Assembly: GCA_045540715.1 (NCBI GenBank)
Contig: JAZQHT010000014.1
Location: 55,761 to 119,760, forward strand
Length of the DNA: 64,000 nt
Reading direction: 5' to 3'
Source of the DNA: Acutalibacteraceae bacterium
Lineage (GTDB): Bacteria > Bacillota > Clostridia > Oscillospirales > Acutalibacteraceae
Shown: positions 28,644 through 36,725 of the stretch, piece by piece
How the letters are laid out: each line of letters begins with the position of its first letter
Numbering within the stretch: position 1 is the stretch's first letter
Made by a program: the position numbers and the translations under genes
The notes under the pieces: model-generated
Databases searched by the model: none
Told to the model about the DNA's origin: nothing
The model's input: only the letters and a program-made list of their open reading frames with translations

Positions 28644-30713
28644 TTATATCTTCATACAAGTATCCCAAGCGCCCCAAATTACGCTACGTAAATTGCCAAC
28701 CTCTTTGCAGTCACCAATAATGTGAACCTTGCCCGATTTTTTGGCAATGGGGTTTGGATTATAACCAACAGATAAAATAACGCTATCGGCTTCAATTTTT
28801 CTTTCTTCGCCAAGTTTGTTTTTAACAATAACACCGTCGCTTAAAATTTCACTAGCAGATGTTTCAAGTAAAACGGGAACTTCGTTTGTTTTAAAGAAAT
28901 CACGTAAATAACTTGTGTTAGCAAGGCAAATACCGGGTGTTACAACAAGGTCGTCGGCAATTTCAATAATTGTTGGTTTTTTGCCTTTTAAGTATAGGTC
29001 GTAAGCAATTTCGCAACCGGTTAAGCCGCCGCCAATAACAACAACCTTTTCGCCAACCTCTTTTTTATCTAATAAATAATCAATAGCTTCAATTGTGTTT
29101 TCTGCGCCCTTAATTGGAATTTTCTTTGCAACAGCACCGGTGGCAATAACAATTTCATCTGCGTTTATTGCTTTAATATCGGTAATTTCGGTATTAAGTT
29201 TTACTTCAATTGGGTGCTTACTTAATTCGCGAATATACCAAGCAATTAAGGCTTTATCTTTTTCTTTAAAGGAAGGAGCAGCAGCCGCAATAAATACACC
29301 GCCAAGTTTATCGGTCTTTTCGTAAAGTGTTACTTTGTGGCCGCGTTTAGATAATAAAATTGCGGCTTCCATACCACCAATACCGCCACCGATAACCGCA
29401 ACGTTTTTAACCTTTTTAGCTTTGCTTACGCTGTATTTTTTAGACTGCATTGTAAGTGGGTTTAATGCACAACGAGCAAGACCCATTGTGTCTTTTAAAT
29501 CTTGTGTGTTTGCGTGGCCTTTAGAAGACGAGAAGTTAAAGCAACCACTATGACAGCAAATGCAAGGCTTAATGTCTTCTAATCGGTTTTCAATCATTTT
29601 GGTAATCCACTCGGGGTCGGTTAAGAACTGACGAGCCACACCAACTGCATCAATTTTGCCTTCTTTAACGGCTTTAGCGCCAATTTCAGCATCCATCCTA
29701 CCTGCACAAACAACAGGAATATCAACAAATTTCTTAATATGAGCAACGTCTTCAAGGTTGCAGTTTTCGGGCATATATACGGGTGGGTGTGCCCAATACC
29801 ACGAATCGTAAGTGCCGTTATCTGCATTAAGCATATCATAACCTGCATCTTGCAAGTATTTTGCAGCCTTTTCAGATTCTTCCATATTTCTGCCAACTTC
29901 TTCGTAATCTTCGCCGGGCATTGCGCCATAGCAAAAGCCCTTCATTTTAGATTCTACAGAATAGCGTAAAGAAACGGGAAAATCTTTACCGCACTCATCT
30001 TTAATTGCCTTTACAACTTCGGTTGCAAAGCGATAACGATTTTCAAAACTGCCGCCGTAATTATCGGTACGTTTATTGAAAAATTCAATTGCGAATTGGT
30101 CTAATAAATAACCCTCGTGAACAGCGTGAACTTCAACACCGTCAACACCTGCATCCATACAAAGTTTTGCGGTTTTTGCAAAGGCTTCAATAATTTCGTG
30201 AATTTGTTCTAAAGTCATTTCAGGACAAATAATATCGTGAGCCCAACGAGAAGGTTGTTCACTTGGAGAAGCAAGTTCGTGAGAAGTATCAATAATAGGT
30301 TTTACAATTGCGCGTGTAATTTTGTTTTTATGTAAAGGAGCAACAAGCTCTGTAATTGCCCAAGAACGACCCATACCGGCAGTTAATTGAACAAAAAGTT
30401 TTGCCCCTGTTTTATGAATTTCATCCATAAATTCTTTTAGTTCTTCAAACATTTTTGGGTTTTGCCAAAGCCATTTGCCCCAAAAAGTATCACGTAAAGG
30501 AGCAATACCCGGAATAATTAAGCCAACGTTATTTTTAGCTCTTTCTAAAAATAGTTTTGCGGCCTCTTTATCAAAATGGCAACCGCCAAGTTCAAACCAT
30601 CCAAAAAGTGAAGTGCCGCCCATAGGACACATAACAATACGGTTTTTAATTTCAACGTTGCCAATTTTCCAAGGAGTAAACAAAGATTCATATTTTTTAT
30701 CTAATTTTTCCAT
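28644..30713 (-). CDS. 2-enoate reductase / 2,4-dienoyl-CoA reductase-like flavoprotein (OYE domain + 4Fe-4S + FAD/NAD domain)
   Basis: 689 aa. NRIVMCPMGG (OYE), CICCHSGC, VIGGGIGGMEAA and VIGGGLTGCE dinucleotide folds. Confidence 0.85.
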   Translation of the reverse strand: MEKLDKKYESLFTPWKIGNVEIKNRIVMCPMGGTSLFGWFELGGCHFDKEAAKLFLERAKNNVGLIIPGIAPLRDTFWGKWLWQNPKMFEELKEFMDEIHKTGAKLFVQLTAGMGRSWAITELVAPLHKNKITRAIVKPIIDTSHELASPSEQPSRWAHDIICPEMTLEQIHEIIEAFAKTAKLCMDAGVDGVEVHAVHEGYLLDQFAIEFFNKRTDNYGGSFENRYRFATEVVKAIKDECGKDFPVSLRYSVESKMKGFCYGAMPGEDYEEVGRNMEESEKAAKYLQDAGYDMLNADNGTYDSWYWAHPPVYMPENCNLEDVAHIKKFVDIPVVCAGRMDAEIGAKAVKEGKIDAVGVARQFLTDPEWITKMIENRLEDIKPCICCHSGCFNFSSSKGHANTQDLKDTMGLARCALNPLTMQSKKYSVSKAKKVKNVAVIGGGIGGMEAAILLSKRGHKVTLYEKTDKLGGVFIAAAAPSFKEKDKALIAWYIRELSKHPIEVKLNTEITDIKAINADEIVIATGAVAKKIPIKGAENTIEAIDYLLDKKEVGEKVVVIGGGLTGCEIAYDLYLKGKKPTIIEIADDLVVTPGICLANTSYLRDFFKTNEVPVLLETSASEILSDGVIVKNKLGEERKIEADSVILSVGYNPNPIAKKSGKVHIIGDCKEVGNLRSVIWGAWDTCMKI

Positions 30714-30765
30714 AGCAATAATCCTTTCAGTAATTAGGTTGTTAAAATTTTAACATCCATTATTT

Positions 30766-30793
30766 ATTATAACATAATATGACAAAAAAGCAA
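30766..30793 (-). promoter_or_regulatory. candidate sigma-A promoter of the enoate-reductase/AcnX operon
   Basis: Minus strand: TTGCTT, 16 nt, then extended -10 TGTTATAAT. A perfect 14-nt palindrome GTTAAAATTTTAAC (30741..30754) lies between it and the RBS. Confidence 0.4.
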
Positions 30794-30823
30794 GAAAAAG
30801 CACCTATCCTTTTGATAAGTGCT
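30785..30823 (-). terminator. intrinsic terminator
   Basis: Minus strand: AGCACUUAUC-AAAAG-GAUAGGUGCU followed by UUUUCUUGCUUUUUU. Confidence 0.75.
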
Positions 30824-30958
30824 TTCTAATTTTTGATTTTGGGTAGCGGGAATTCGTTTTTACGTCGTTCTTCACGTTCTATTAGTTCTTTTACGCTTAG
30901 TTCTGCGGTTTCATACATAATGCACTTGCCTTCTTCTCCCACTATTAGATACCCTTTG

Positions 30959-32161
30959 CTAATCTTTTAAGTAAATTGTTTTCTTTTTTATTATTATTAA
31001 AACAATTAAAGCAATAGTTAAAGTTATCGGAAAAACCGTGCCACCAAGCAAGCCAATTTTTAGGTTGCCTCCCGCTATTTCAGAAAGGGTGCCCACCATA
31101 GCAGGACTTATAGCGCCACCAAAGTCGCCTGCAAGTGCTAAAAAGGCAAACATAGCCGTTCCGCCTTTTGGACAATTTAAAGACGAAATACTTAAAGACC
31201 CCGGCCACATAATGCCGACCGAAAAGCCGCAAAGCGCACAACCTAAAAGTCCTAAAAACGCAACCGAAGAAAGGGAAGCCAACAAATAACAGGTAACGCA
31301 CAAAATTGCACTGCCAAGCATTACTTTGGTTAAATTAAGTTTATTACTAAACTTGCCGTATAATAAACGAGATACACCCATAAATATTGCAAACATACAA
31401 GGCCCTAATAAATCGCCAATCGCTTTAGATACCCCTAAAGCCGATTCCGTAAAGGCCGATGCCCACTGCGACATGGTAATTTCTGATGCGCCAGCCGTTA
31501 TCATAAGAATAATCATTAGCCAAAAGATAGGTGTTTTTAATAGTTTTTTAACACCCATACTCTCGCCTTCGGGAAGTAATCTTTCAATGGGGCAATTAAT
31601 AAAGTTAAAGGCGTTAAATAACGGAATTATGGCCCAAATAAATGCAAGTATCTTCCAATTTTCTATACCAAAGGCGGCAAAAAATGCCGTTGAACCTAAA
31701 ATAACCGCTACCGTTCCCCAACAATAAAAAGAGTGTAAAAAGCTCATAACACCATCTTTATTTTCAAAAGGACAGGCCTCAATTATGGGGCTTACTAAAA
31801 CTTCTACAATGCCGCTGCCTATTGCATAAAGCACAACCGCAATTATAATACCTAAAAATGAAGACGGTAAAACTTCTGGTAAAATTGCCATTAAAATAAG
31901 TCCTAAAGCAGATAACACCTGCGAAGCCATAACGCAAGCGCGATAACCCACTTTGTCAGCTATTTTTGTAACCGCAAGGTCAATAACCAGTTGTGTTAAA
32001 TAAAACACTAACGGAATTAAAGCAATTTTATCAAGCGATATGCCGTAACTTGCTTTAAAGGTTAAAAACAAAAGCGGCGCAAAGTTTGCAGTAATTGATT
32101 GCGTTACAAAGCTAAAATAACAAGCTAATAAGGTTTTTTTATATTTATTTTGATTTTGCAT
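30959..32161 (-). CDS. MFS transporter
   Basis: 400 aa, 12 TM. Confidence 0.8.
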   Translation of the reverse strand: MQNQNKYKKTLLACYFSFVTQSITANFAPLLFLTFKASYGISLDKIALIPLVFYLTQLVIDLAVTKIADKVGYRACVMASQVLSALGLILMAILPEVLPSSFLGIIIAVVLYAIGSGIVEVLVSPIIEACPFENKDGVMSFLHSFYCWGTVAVILGSTAFFAAFGIENWKILAFIWAIIPLFNAFNFINCPIERLLPEGESMGVKKLLKTPIFWLMIILMITAGASEITMSQWASAFTESALGVSKAIGDLLGPCMFAIFMGVSRLLYGKFSNKLNLTKVMLGSAILCVTCYLLASLSSVAFLGLLGCALCGFSVGIMWPGSLSISSLNCPKGGTAMFAFLALAGDFGGAISPAMVGTLSEIAGGNLKIGLLGGTVFPITLTIALIVLIIIKKKTIYLKD

Positions 32162-32316
32162 AACAGCACCTTCAAATTAAATAACTTTTCATTAACCTAT
32201 ATTATACTTTAAAAACAAAAAAATGGAAGACGCAAAACAGAAAAATTTTTATAATAAAATCCCCGTAACACAGGTTACGAGGATTTACATGTTTTATAAA
32301 CTTTTGAAAATGATCA

Positions 32317-32661
32317 TTATCTTGTAAATGAAATATATCTTTTTCCTGTATGGGTTAGTGTGCCCTCATCGCCCTCCAACATCATCTTGTACTGTTCATT
32401 ATCTTTAATAGCCAGTTCTATTCTTGCCCCATTTTGTTTTTCAAAGATAACAAAATTAAACTGTTCTATTGAACCCATAGGCGAATAAGTCTTTTTAAAA
32501 ACAATTTTAGCTTTAACCGTTTCTGGTTTACCAATTTCGTTTTCGCCAAATATTTCTTTAGTTTTTTGTGAAGATTTTTTTAGCATAGGAATAACCAAAA
32601 AAATAAAAACAAAAGCAAAAACTATCAGAACGCTTATTATTAAAGGTTTTTTATCGTCCAT
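32317..32661 (-). CDS. DUF2500-like membrane-anchored protein
   Basis: 114 aa. N-terminal TM, then ...FVIFEKQNGARIELAIKDNEQYKMMLEGDEGTLTHTGKRYISFTR. Confidence 0.55.
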   Translation of the reverse strand: MDDKKPLIISVLIVFAFVFIFLVIPMLKKSSQKTKEIFGENEIGKPETVKAKIVFKKTYSPMGSIEQFNFVIFEKQNGARIELAIKDNEQYKMMLEGDEGTLTHTGKRYISFTR

Positions 32662-32673
32662 AATTCACCAACC

Positions 32674-32901
32674 TTATTCCCAATAATTGCTATTGCCATG
32701 CGAAATATAACAAGACACACACGACTCTTCTTTTTTACGTTTTATAACATTTTCACTTGTACCACAATAATCACATTTTCCATCTTCACCGGTTATAATA
32801 GGGACTATACTTGAAACAATTTCGTCAGAACACATAGCAAAGCATAATCCAAGAGCACATATTAATAGACCAATAATAACCATCTTAGCGTTTTTGTCCA
32901 C
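32674..32901 (-). CDS. small membrane-anchored protein with CxxC...CxxC ribbon
   Basis: 75 aa. TM, then CDYCG...CVSC. Confidence 0.45.
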   Translation of the reverse strand: MDKNAKMVIIGLLICALGLCFAMCSDEIVSSIVPIITGEDGKCDYCGTSENVIKRKKEESCVSCYISHGNSNYWE

Positions 32902-32987
32902 AACTTTCCCTCATTTTCATTTTATGTTATAAATCATAACATATATTTCTAACATTTGTCAAGGCATAATATTGGTGAGGTGATTAT

Positions 32988-33176
32988 ATGAAAGAGAAAC
33001 TCATCATAAATAAAAAAACATTAAAAGGTGAAGATGGATACAAAACTTTTTCCATTAGAATAAAAGACGAAACCGTTACAAATCTTGACAAGTTAGCAGA
33101 AGAAACAAACCGCTCAAGAAACGAGCTTATAAACATTTTGCTTGATTACGCAATAAAAAACAGCGAAGTAAAATAA
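32988..33176 (+). CDS. ribbon-helix-helix (CopG/Arc-like) DNA-binding protein
   Basis: 62 aa. TFSIRIKDETVTNLDKLAEETNRSRNELINILLDYAI. SD GGTGAGGTG. A terminator follows. Confidence 0.6.
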   Translation: MKEKLIINKKTLKGEDGYKTFSIRIKDETVTNLDKLAEETNRSRNELINILLDYAIKNSEVK

Positions 33177-33289
33177 GAAAAGCACCTGAAACCAAGTTAG
33201 GATTCAGGTGCTTTTTTGATTATTAATTATTGTCAGTAACCCAACAAAAAATAAAGAATTTTTAGTTGTTACGAGCCTTTATTATGCCA

Positions 33290-33700
33290 CTAATCAAAAT
33301 CAATATCTAAACTGTATATTCCGTATCCGTTATCATTTTTTACAATTTCAATTTCCATTTGAATAATTTTTTCAGAAACTGAAACGTTCATTGTTGAAAT
33401 GTACGAAGAACCACCAACCGAGCTTTTATACCACGATGATTTAAATCCGGTATATTTCTCAATATTTATGCTTGAAAAGTCAACATTTTTTTCGTTTTCC
33501 AAGGCTTCAAAAAACTCTTGAAGGTTTGCAGGACGTTCGGGATGCAAAAATTCTTCTGCCGCCGCATAATCTTCGCCCTCTACTTTTTCTAAAAATTCGT
33601 TTATATGAGCTTTTGCTTCGTCACCCGAAATTCCGCCAGAACAGGCAGAGAACGAAAAAACTATCATAAAAGCTAAAATAATACATGCAAATTTTTTCAT
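33290..33700 (-). CDS. lipoprotein, function unknown
   Basis: 136 aa. Signal peptide plus lipobox FSFSAC. Confidence 0.65.
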   Translation of the reverse strand: MKKFACIILAFMIVFSFSACSGGISGDEAKAHINEFLEKVEGEDYAAAEEFLHPERPANLQEFFEALENEKNVDFSSINIEKYTGFKSSWYKSSVGGSSYISTMNVSVSEKIIQMEIEIVKNDNGYGIYSLDIDFD

Positions 33701-33762
33701 GAAAACACCGACCTTTTTGTTTTATTATATCATAAAACCATAAATCAAACAAGGCGTATCAT

Positions 33763-33860
33763 ATTTCATAGCGAAGCTATTTCACATTACGAAGTAATAT
33801 TTCACTCGCCGTAAGACAAATTTCATTGAAAAGACGACTTGTCGAAACAAGTCGTTTTTT
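33763..33860 (+). repeat. array of four ATTTCA + short-hairpin modules ending in a terminator-like hairpin
   Basis: ATTTCA at 33763, 33779, 33799 and 33820. Hairpins TAGC-GAA-GCTA (contains GCGAAGC), ATTAC-GAA-GTAAT and ACGACTTGT-CGAA-ACAAGTCGT followed by TTTTTT. Confidence 0.6.
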
Positions 33861-33952
33861 CTGTCTATGGACTACAAAAAAGATATTTTTGGCAGTTTTG
33901 CGTATGAATTCGAACTCTCACAGAAATTCAAATCGTCCGCAAAGCGGATACC

Positions 33953-34049
33953 TTTACTTCTTCACTATTACTTCTTACTTATTACTTCCCAAAAATCCTT
34001 GTATTTAAGAGAAAAGTGAAGAGTGAAAAGGTAATAGTGAAAAAGTAAA
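33953..34049. repeat. roughly 97-nt imperfect palindrome (19-nt outer arms, 1 mismatch)
   Basis: tttacttcttcactattac (33953..33971) against gtaatagtgaaaaagtaaa (34031..34049). The inner arms are built from ATTACTTC / AGTGAA short repeats. Confidence 0.6.
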
Positions 34050-34074
34050 AATCCCCGTTCTTACGAACGAGGAT
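34041..34074 (-). terminator. intrinsic terminator of the tRNA-Thr/Tyr unit
   Basis: Minus strand: AUCCUCGUUC-GUAA-GAACGGGGAU followed by UUUUACUUUUU. Confidence 0.8.
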
Positions 34075-34077
34075 TTT

Positions 34078-34162
34078 TGGTGGGAGCGGGTGGATTCGAA
34101 CCACCGAAGTCGAAGACAACAGATTTACAGTCTGCCCCCTTTGGCCACTCGGGAACACTCCC
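34078..34162 (-). tRNA. tRNA-Tyr (GTA)
   Basis: Hand-folded GGGAGTGTTCCCGAGTGGCCAAAGGGGGCAGACTGTAAATCTGTTGTCTTCGACTTCGGTGGTTCGAATCCACCCGCTCCCACCA. Long variable arm, encoded CCA. Confidence 0.9.
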
Positions 34163-34183
34163 ATATTAAGTTTAAAAAAGCAA

Positions 34184-34259
34184 TGGAGCTGGTGGACGGA
34201 CTCGAACCCCCGACCTGCTGATTACAAATCAGCTGCTCTACCAACTGAGCTACACCAGC
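34184..34259 (-). tRNA. tRNA-Thr (TGT)
   Basis: GCTGGTGTAGCTCAGTTGGTAGAGCAGCTGATTTGTAATCAGCAGGTCGGGGGTTCGAGTCCGTCCACCAGCTCCA. Cloverleaf fits, encoded CCA. Confidence 0.9.
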
Positions 34260-34273
34260 ATTGCGCAAAGTGA

Positions 34274-34302
34274 ATTATAGCACAGTTTAAGGGCTTTGTC
34301 AA
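34274..34302 (-). promoter_or_regulatory. sigma-A promoter for tRNA-Thr/Tyr
   Basis: Minus strand: TTGACA, 17 nt, TATAAT. Ends about 14 nt before the tRNA-Thr 5' end. Confidence 0.75.
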
Positions 34303-34393
34303 CACATTTTTTATTATTATTTCTTTATATTTTTAAATTGTTTTACTATATAAAAACATTGTTAATTTTTTTAAAATTTTTACCTATTATTTA

Positions 34394-34422
34394 TTGCACT
34401 AATAATAAAAAGGTGCTAAAAT
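34394..34422 (+). promoter_or_regulatory. candidate sigma-A promoter of the GMP-synthase-like gene
   Basis: TTGCAC, 17 nt, TAAAAT. Confidence 0.5.
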
Positions 34423-34452
34423 ATTTAGCATAAATATTCGGGAGGCAAAATT

Positions 34453-35433
34453 ATGGATTCTAACGTAAGACCTGATTCTTTTAAGCGTATTACCACAATA
34501 GAACTTGCTAACGCTTTTATAGAAGAAGAAATTAAAAAAATTAAAGCGCAGGTTAAAGACGGCAAGGTGCTTTTAGCACTTTCGGGCGGGGTTGATTCTT
34601 CGGTTGTTGCCGCTTTACTTATTAAAGCAATTGGAAAACAGCTAATCTCTGTTCACGTTAACCACGGACTTATGCGCAAGGGTGAAAGCGAACAGGTTGT
34701 TGAGGTATTTAAAAACCAACTTGATTCGAATTTGATTTACGTTGATGCCTCTGACCGCTTTTTAAATTTACTTAGCGGCGTTGCCGACCCCGAACAAAAG
34801 CGCAAAATAATTGGTAATGAATTTATTAAGGTGTTTGACGAAGAAGCACAAAAACTTTCTGGCATTGGCTTTTTAGCACAAGGCACCATTTACCCCGATA
34901 TTTTAGAAAGCGACGGTGTTAAGGCCCACCACAACGTTGGCGGACTACCCAAAGATATGGCGCTTGAACTTGTTGAACCGATAAAACTTTTATATAAAGA
35001 CGAAGTTAGAATTGTTGGCAAGGCTTTGGGCCTACCTATAAATATGGTTAAACGTCAACCATTTCCCGGTCCCGGTCTTGGGGTACGCTGTCTTGGTGCA
35101 ATTACACGCGACCGCCTTTATGCTTTAAAAGAAGCAGATGCCATTTTGCGTGAAGAATTTGATAACTGCGGTTTAAATAAAACCGTTTGGCAATATTTTA
35201 TTGCTATACCCGATATTAAAAGTGTTGGTGTTAAAGACAGCAAACGTTATGAAGGCTGGCCCGCAATTATTAGAGCGGTAAATACTACCGACGCTATGAC
35301 TGCCACAATTGAAGAAATAGCTTACCCCGTTTTACACAAAATTACAAACAGAATTTTAAGTGAAGTAGATGGTATTAACCGCGTACTTTACGACCTTACA
35401 CCAAAGCCCATCGGCACAATTGAGTGGGAATAA
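34453..35433 (+). CDS. guaA: GMP synthase ATP-pyrophosphatase (PP-loop) + dimerisation domains only; no glutamine amidotransferase domain
   Basis: 326 aa. LALSGGVDSSV PP-loop, HHNVGGLP, QPFPGPGLG, and a C-terminus ...IGTIEWE typical of GuaA. Confidence 0.85.
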   Translation: MDSNVRPDSFKRITTIELANAFIEEEIKKIKAQVKDGKVLLALSGGVDSSVVAALLIKAIGKQLISVHVNHGLMRKGESEQVVEVFKNQLDSNLIYVDASDRFLNLLSGVADPEQKRKIIGNEFIKVFDEEAQKLSGIGFLAQGTIYPDILESDGVKAHHNVGGLPKDMALELVEPIKLLYKDEVRIVGKALGLPINMVKRQPFPGPGLGVRCLGAITRDRLYALKEADAILREEFDNCGLNKTVWQYFIAIPDIKSVGVKDSKRYEGWPAIIRAVNTTDAMTATIEEIAYPVLHKITNRILSEVDGINRVLYDLTPKPIGTIEWE

Positions 35434-35558
35434 GTAAAAACAAAACGACCTATAAAGGTCGTTTTTTATTTTTGGGTTTTGGTGGGTAAAATAACAAAAA
35501 GCACAAATTTATTGCAAATTTTACAATTTTTGATATAATTATTTTTGAGGTGTAAAAA

Positions 35559-36266
35559 ATGCGAAGTTCTAAAGCGGCAATTAAAAGCAGCCAAACAAGT
35601 AAAAAGAAAAAAATAATTGCTATTATTTCTTTGGCGGTTGTTATTATACTTGCGGCCCTTGCAACCTATTTTGTTTACACCTGGTTAAAATCTTTTACTA
35701 ACGATAGTTTTAGAGATTATATTCGTTCTTTTGGCGCACTTGGTCCCGTTGTGCTTTTGGCATTACAAATTTTACAGGTTTTTATTGCGCTAATACCGGG
35801 TGAACTTTTAGAATCTGCCGCAGGTTATGCGTTTGGCCCCATTTTAGGCACCGTTATTTGTTACGTTGGTGTAACAATGGGCTCTGCAATAATATTCTTT
35901 TTAACCAAGCATTTTGGTATAAAAATGGTTGAGCTTTTTGTTGATGCAAATAAAATTAATCAGCTAAAATTTTTAAAAGACGAAAGAAAGCGCAACAGTT
36001 TAATATTTGTTATTTTCTTTATTCCCGGTACACCAAAAGACCTTATCACCTATTTTGTGGGACTTACCAATATTAAACTATCTACCTTTTTAACCATTTC
36101 TTTAATTGCAAGAATTCCATCGGTTGTTTCTTCGACCTTTGCGGGACATTTATTAGGCGAAGGCGAACTTATGAACGCAATTATTCTTTATGGCATAACA
36201 GGCCTTGTAAGCCTTATTGGTATAATTATTTACAACCATATTTTAAAAAAGAAAAATAAAAATTAA
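35559..36266 (+). CDS. TVP38/TMEM64 (DedA-related) family membrane protein
   Basis: 235 aa. LIPGELLESAAGYAFGPILG motif. Confidence 0.75.
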   Translation: MRSSKAAIKSSQTSKKKKIIAIISLAVVIILAALATYFVYTWLKSFTNDSFRDYIRSFGALGPVVLLALQILQVFIALIPGELLESAAGYAFGPILGTVICYVGVTMGSAIIFFLTKHFGIKMVELFVDANKINQLKFLKDERKRNSLIFVIFFIPGTPKDLITYFVGLTNIKLSTFLTISLIARIPSVVSSTFAGHLLGEGELMNAIILYGITGLVSLIGIIIYNHILKKKNKN

Positions 36267-36281
36267 GATTGAGGATTTATT

Positions 36282-36689
36282 ATGAGCGATAACAAAAAAG
36301 AAATTTGGCGCGCCCTTAAATTTACATTATTCTCTATTTCGGCAGGTGTAATTCAGTTTGGTTCTGCAACCATTATGCAATTTTTTATTAGTGAATATTG
36401 GATTTATTACACCATTTCTTTAACCCTTTCGGTTTTATGGAATTTTACACTTAATAGACAATACACCTTTAAATCTGCTACCAACGTGCCTATTGCTATG
36501 CTAAAGGTTTTCGGCTTTTATCTAGTATTTGCACCCACCACCATCTTTTTGGGACAATACGTTGCAGATTTAGGTGTTCACGGTTTAATTGTTGAAGGCG
36601 TAACTATGTTACTTAACTTTGTGCTTGAATATTTATTCTGCAAGTTTGTGGTTTACCGCGGACAAGAAGACACATTAGAACAAAAATAA
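36282..36689 (+). CDS. GtrA-family membrane protein
   Basis: 135 aa, 4 TM. WNFTLNRQYTFK motif. Confidence 0.8.
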   Translation: MSDNKKEIWRALKFTLFSISAGVIQFGSATIMQFFISEYWIYYTISLTLSVLWNFTLNRQYTFKSATNVPIAMLKVFGFYLVFAPTTIFLGQYVADLGVHGLIVEGVTMLLNFVLEYLFCKFVVYRGQEDTLEQK

Positions 36690-36725
36690 CAATAACAACA
36701 AAAAAGACGGGGTACCCCGTCTTTT

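Noticed and set aside
33763-33860. CRISPR array interpretation of the ATTTCA repeats
   Set aside because: The period is only 16-21 nt, the repeat core is 6 nt, and the 'spacers' are themselves palindromic. No cas genes are in the window.
33826-34164. Two 60-aa ORFs (33826..34008 + and 33982..34164 -)
   Set aside because: They run through the palindromic repeat region, the tRNA terminator and tRNA-Tyr itself. They have no SD and are artefacts of AT-rich repeats.
34261-34452. Purine riboswitch upstream of the guaA-like gene
   Set aside because: The region is almost pure A/T with a promoter-like TTGCAC-17-TAAAAT. There is no three-way-junction-forming sequence and no conserved purine-riboswitch core.
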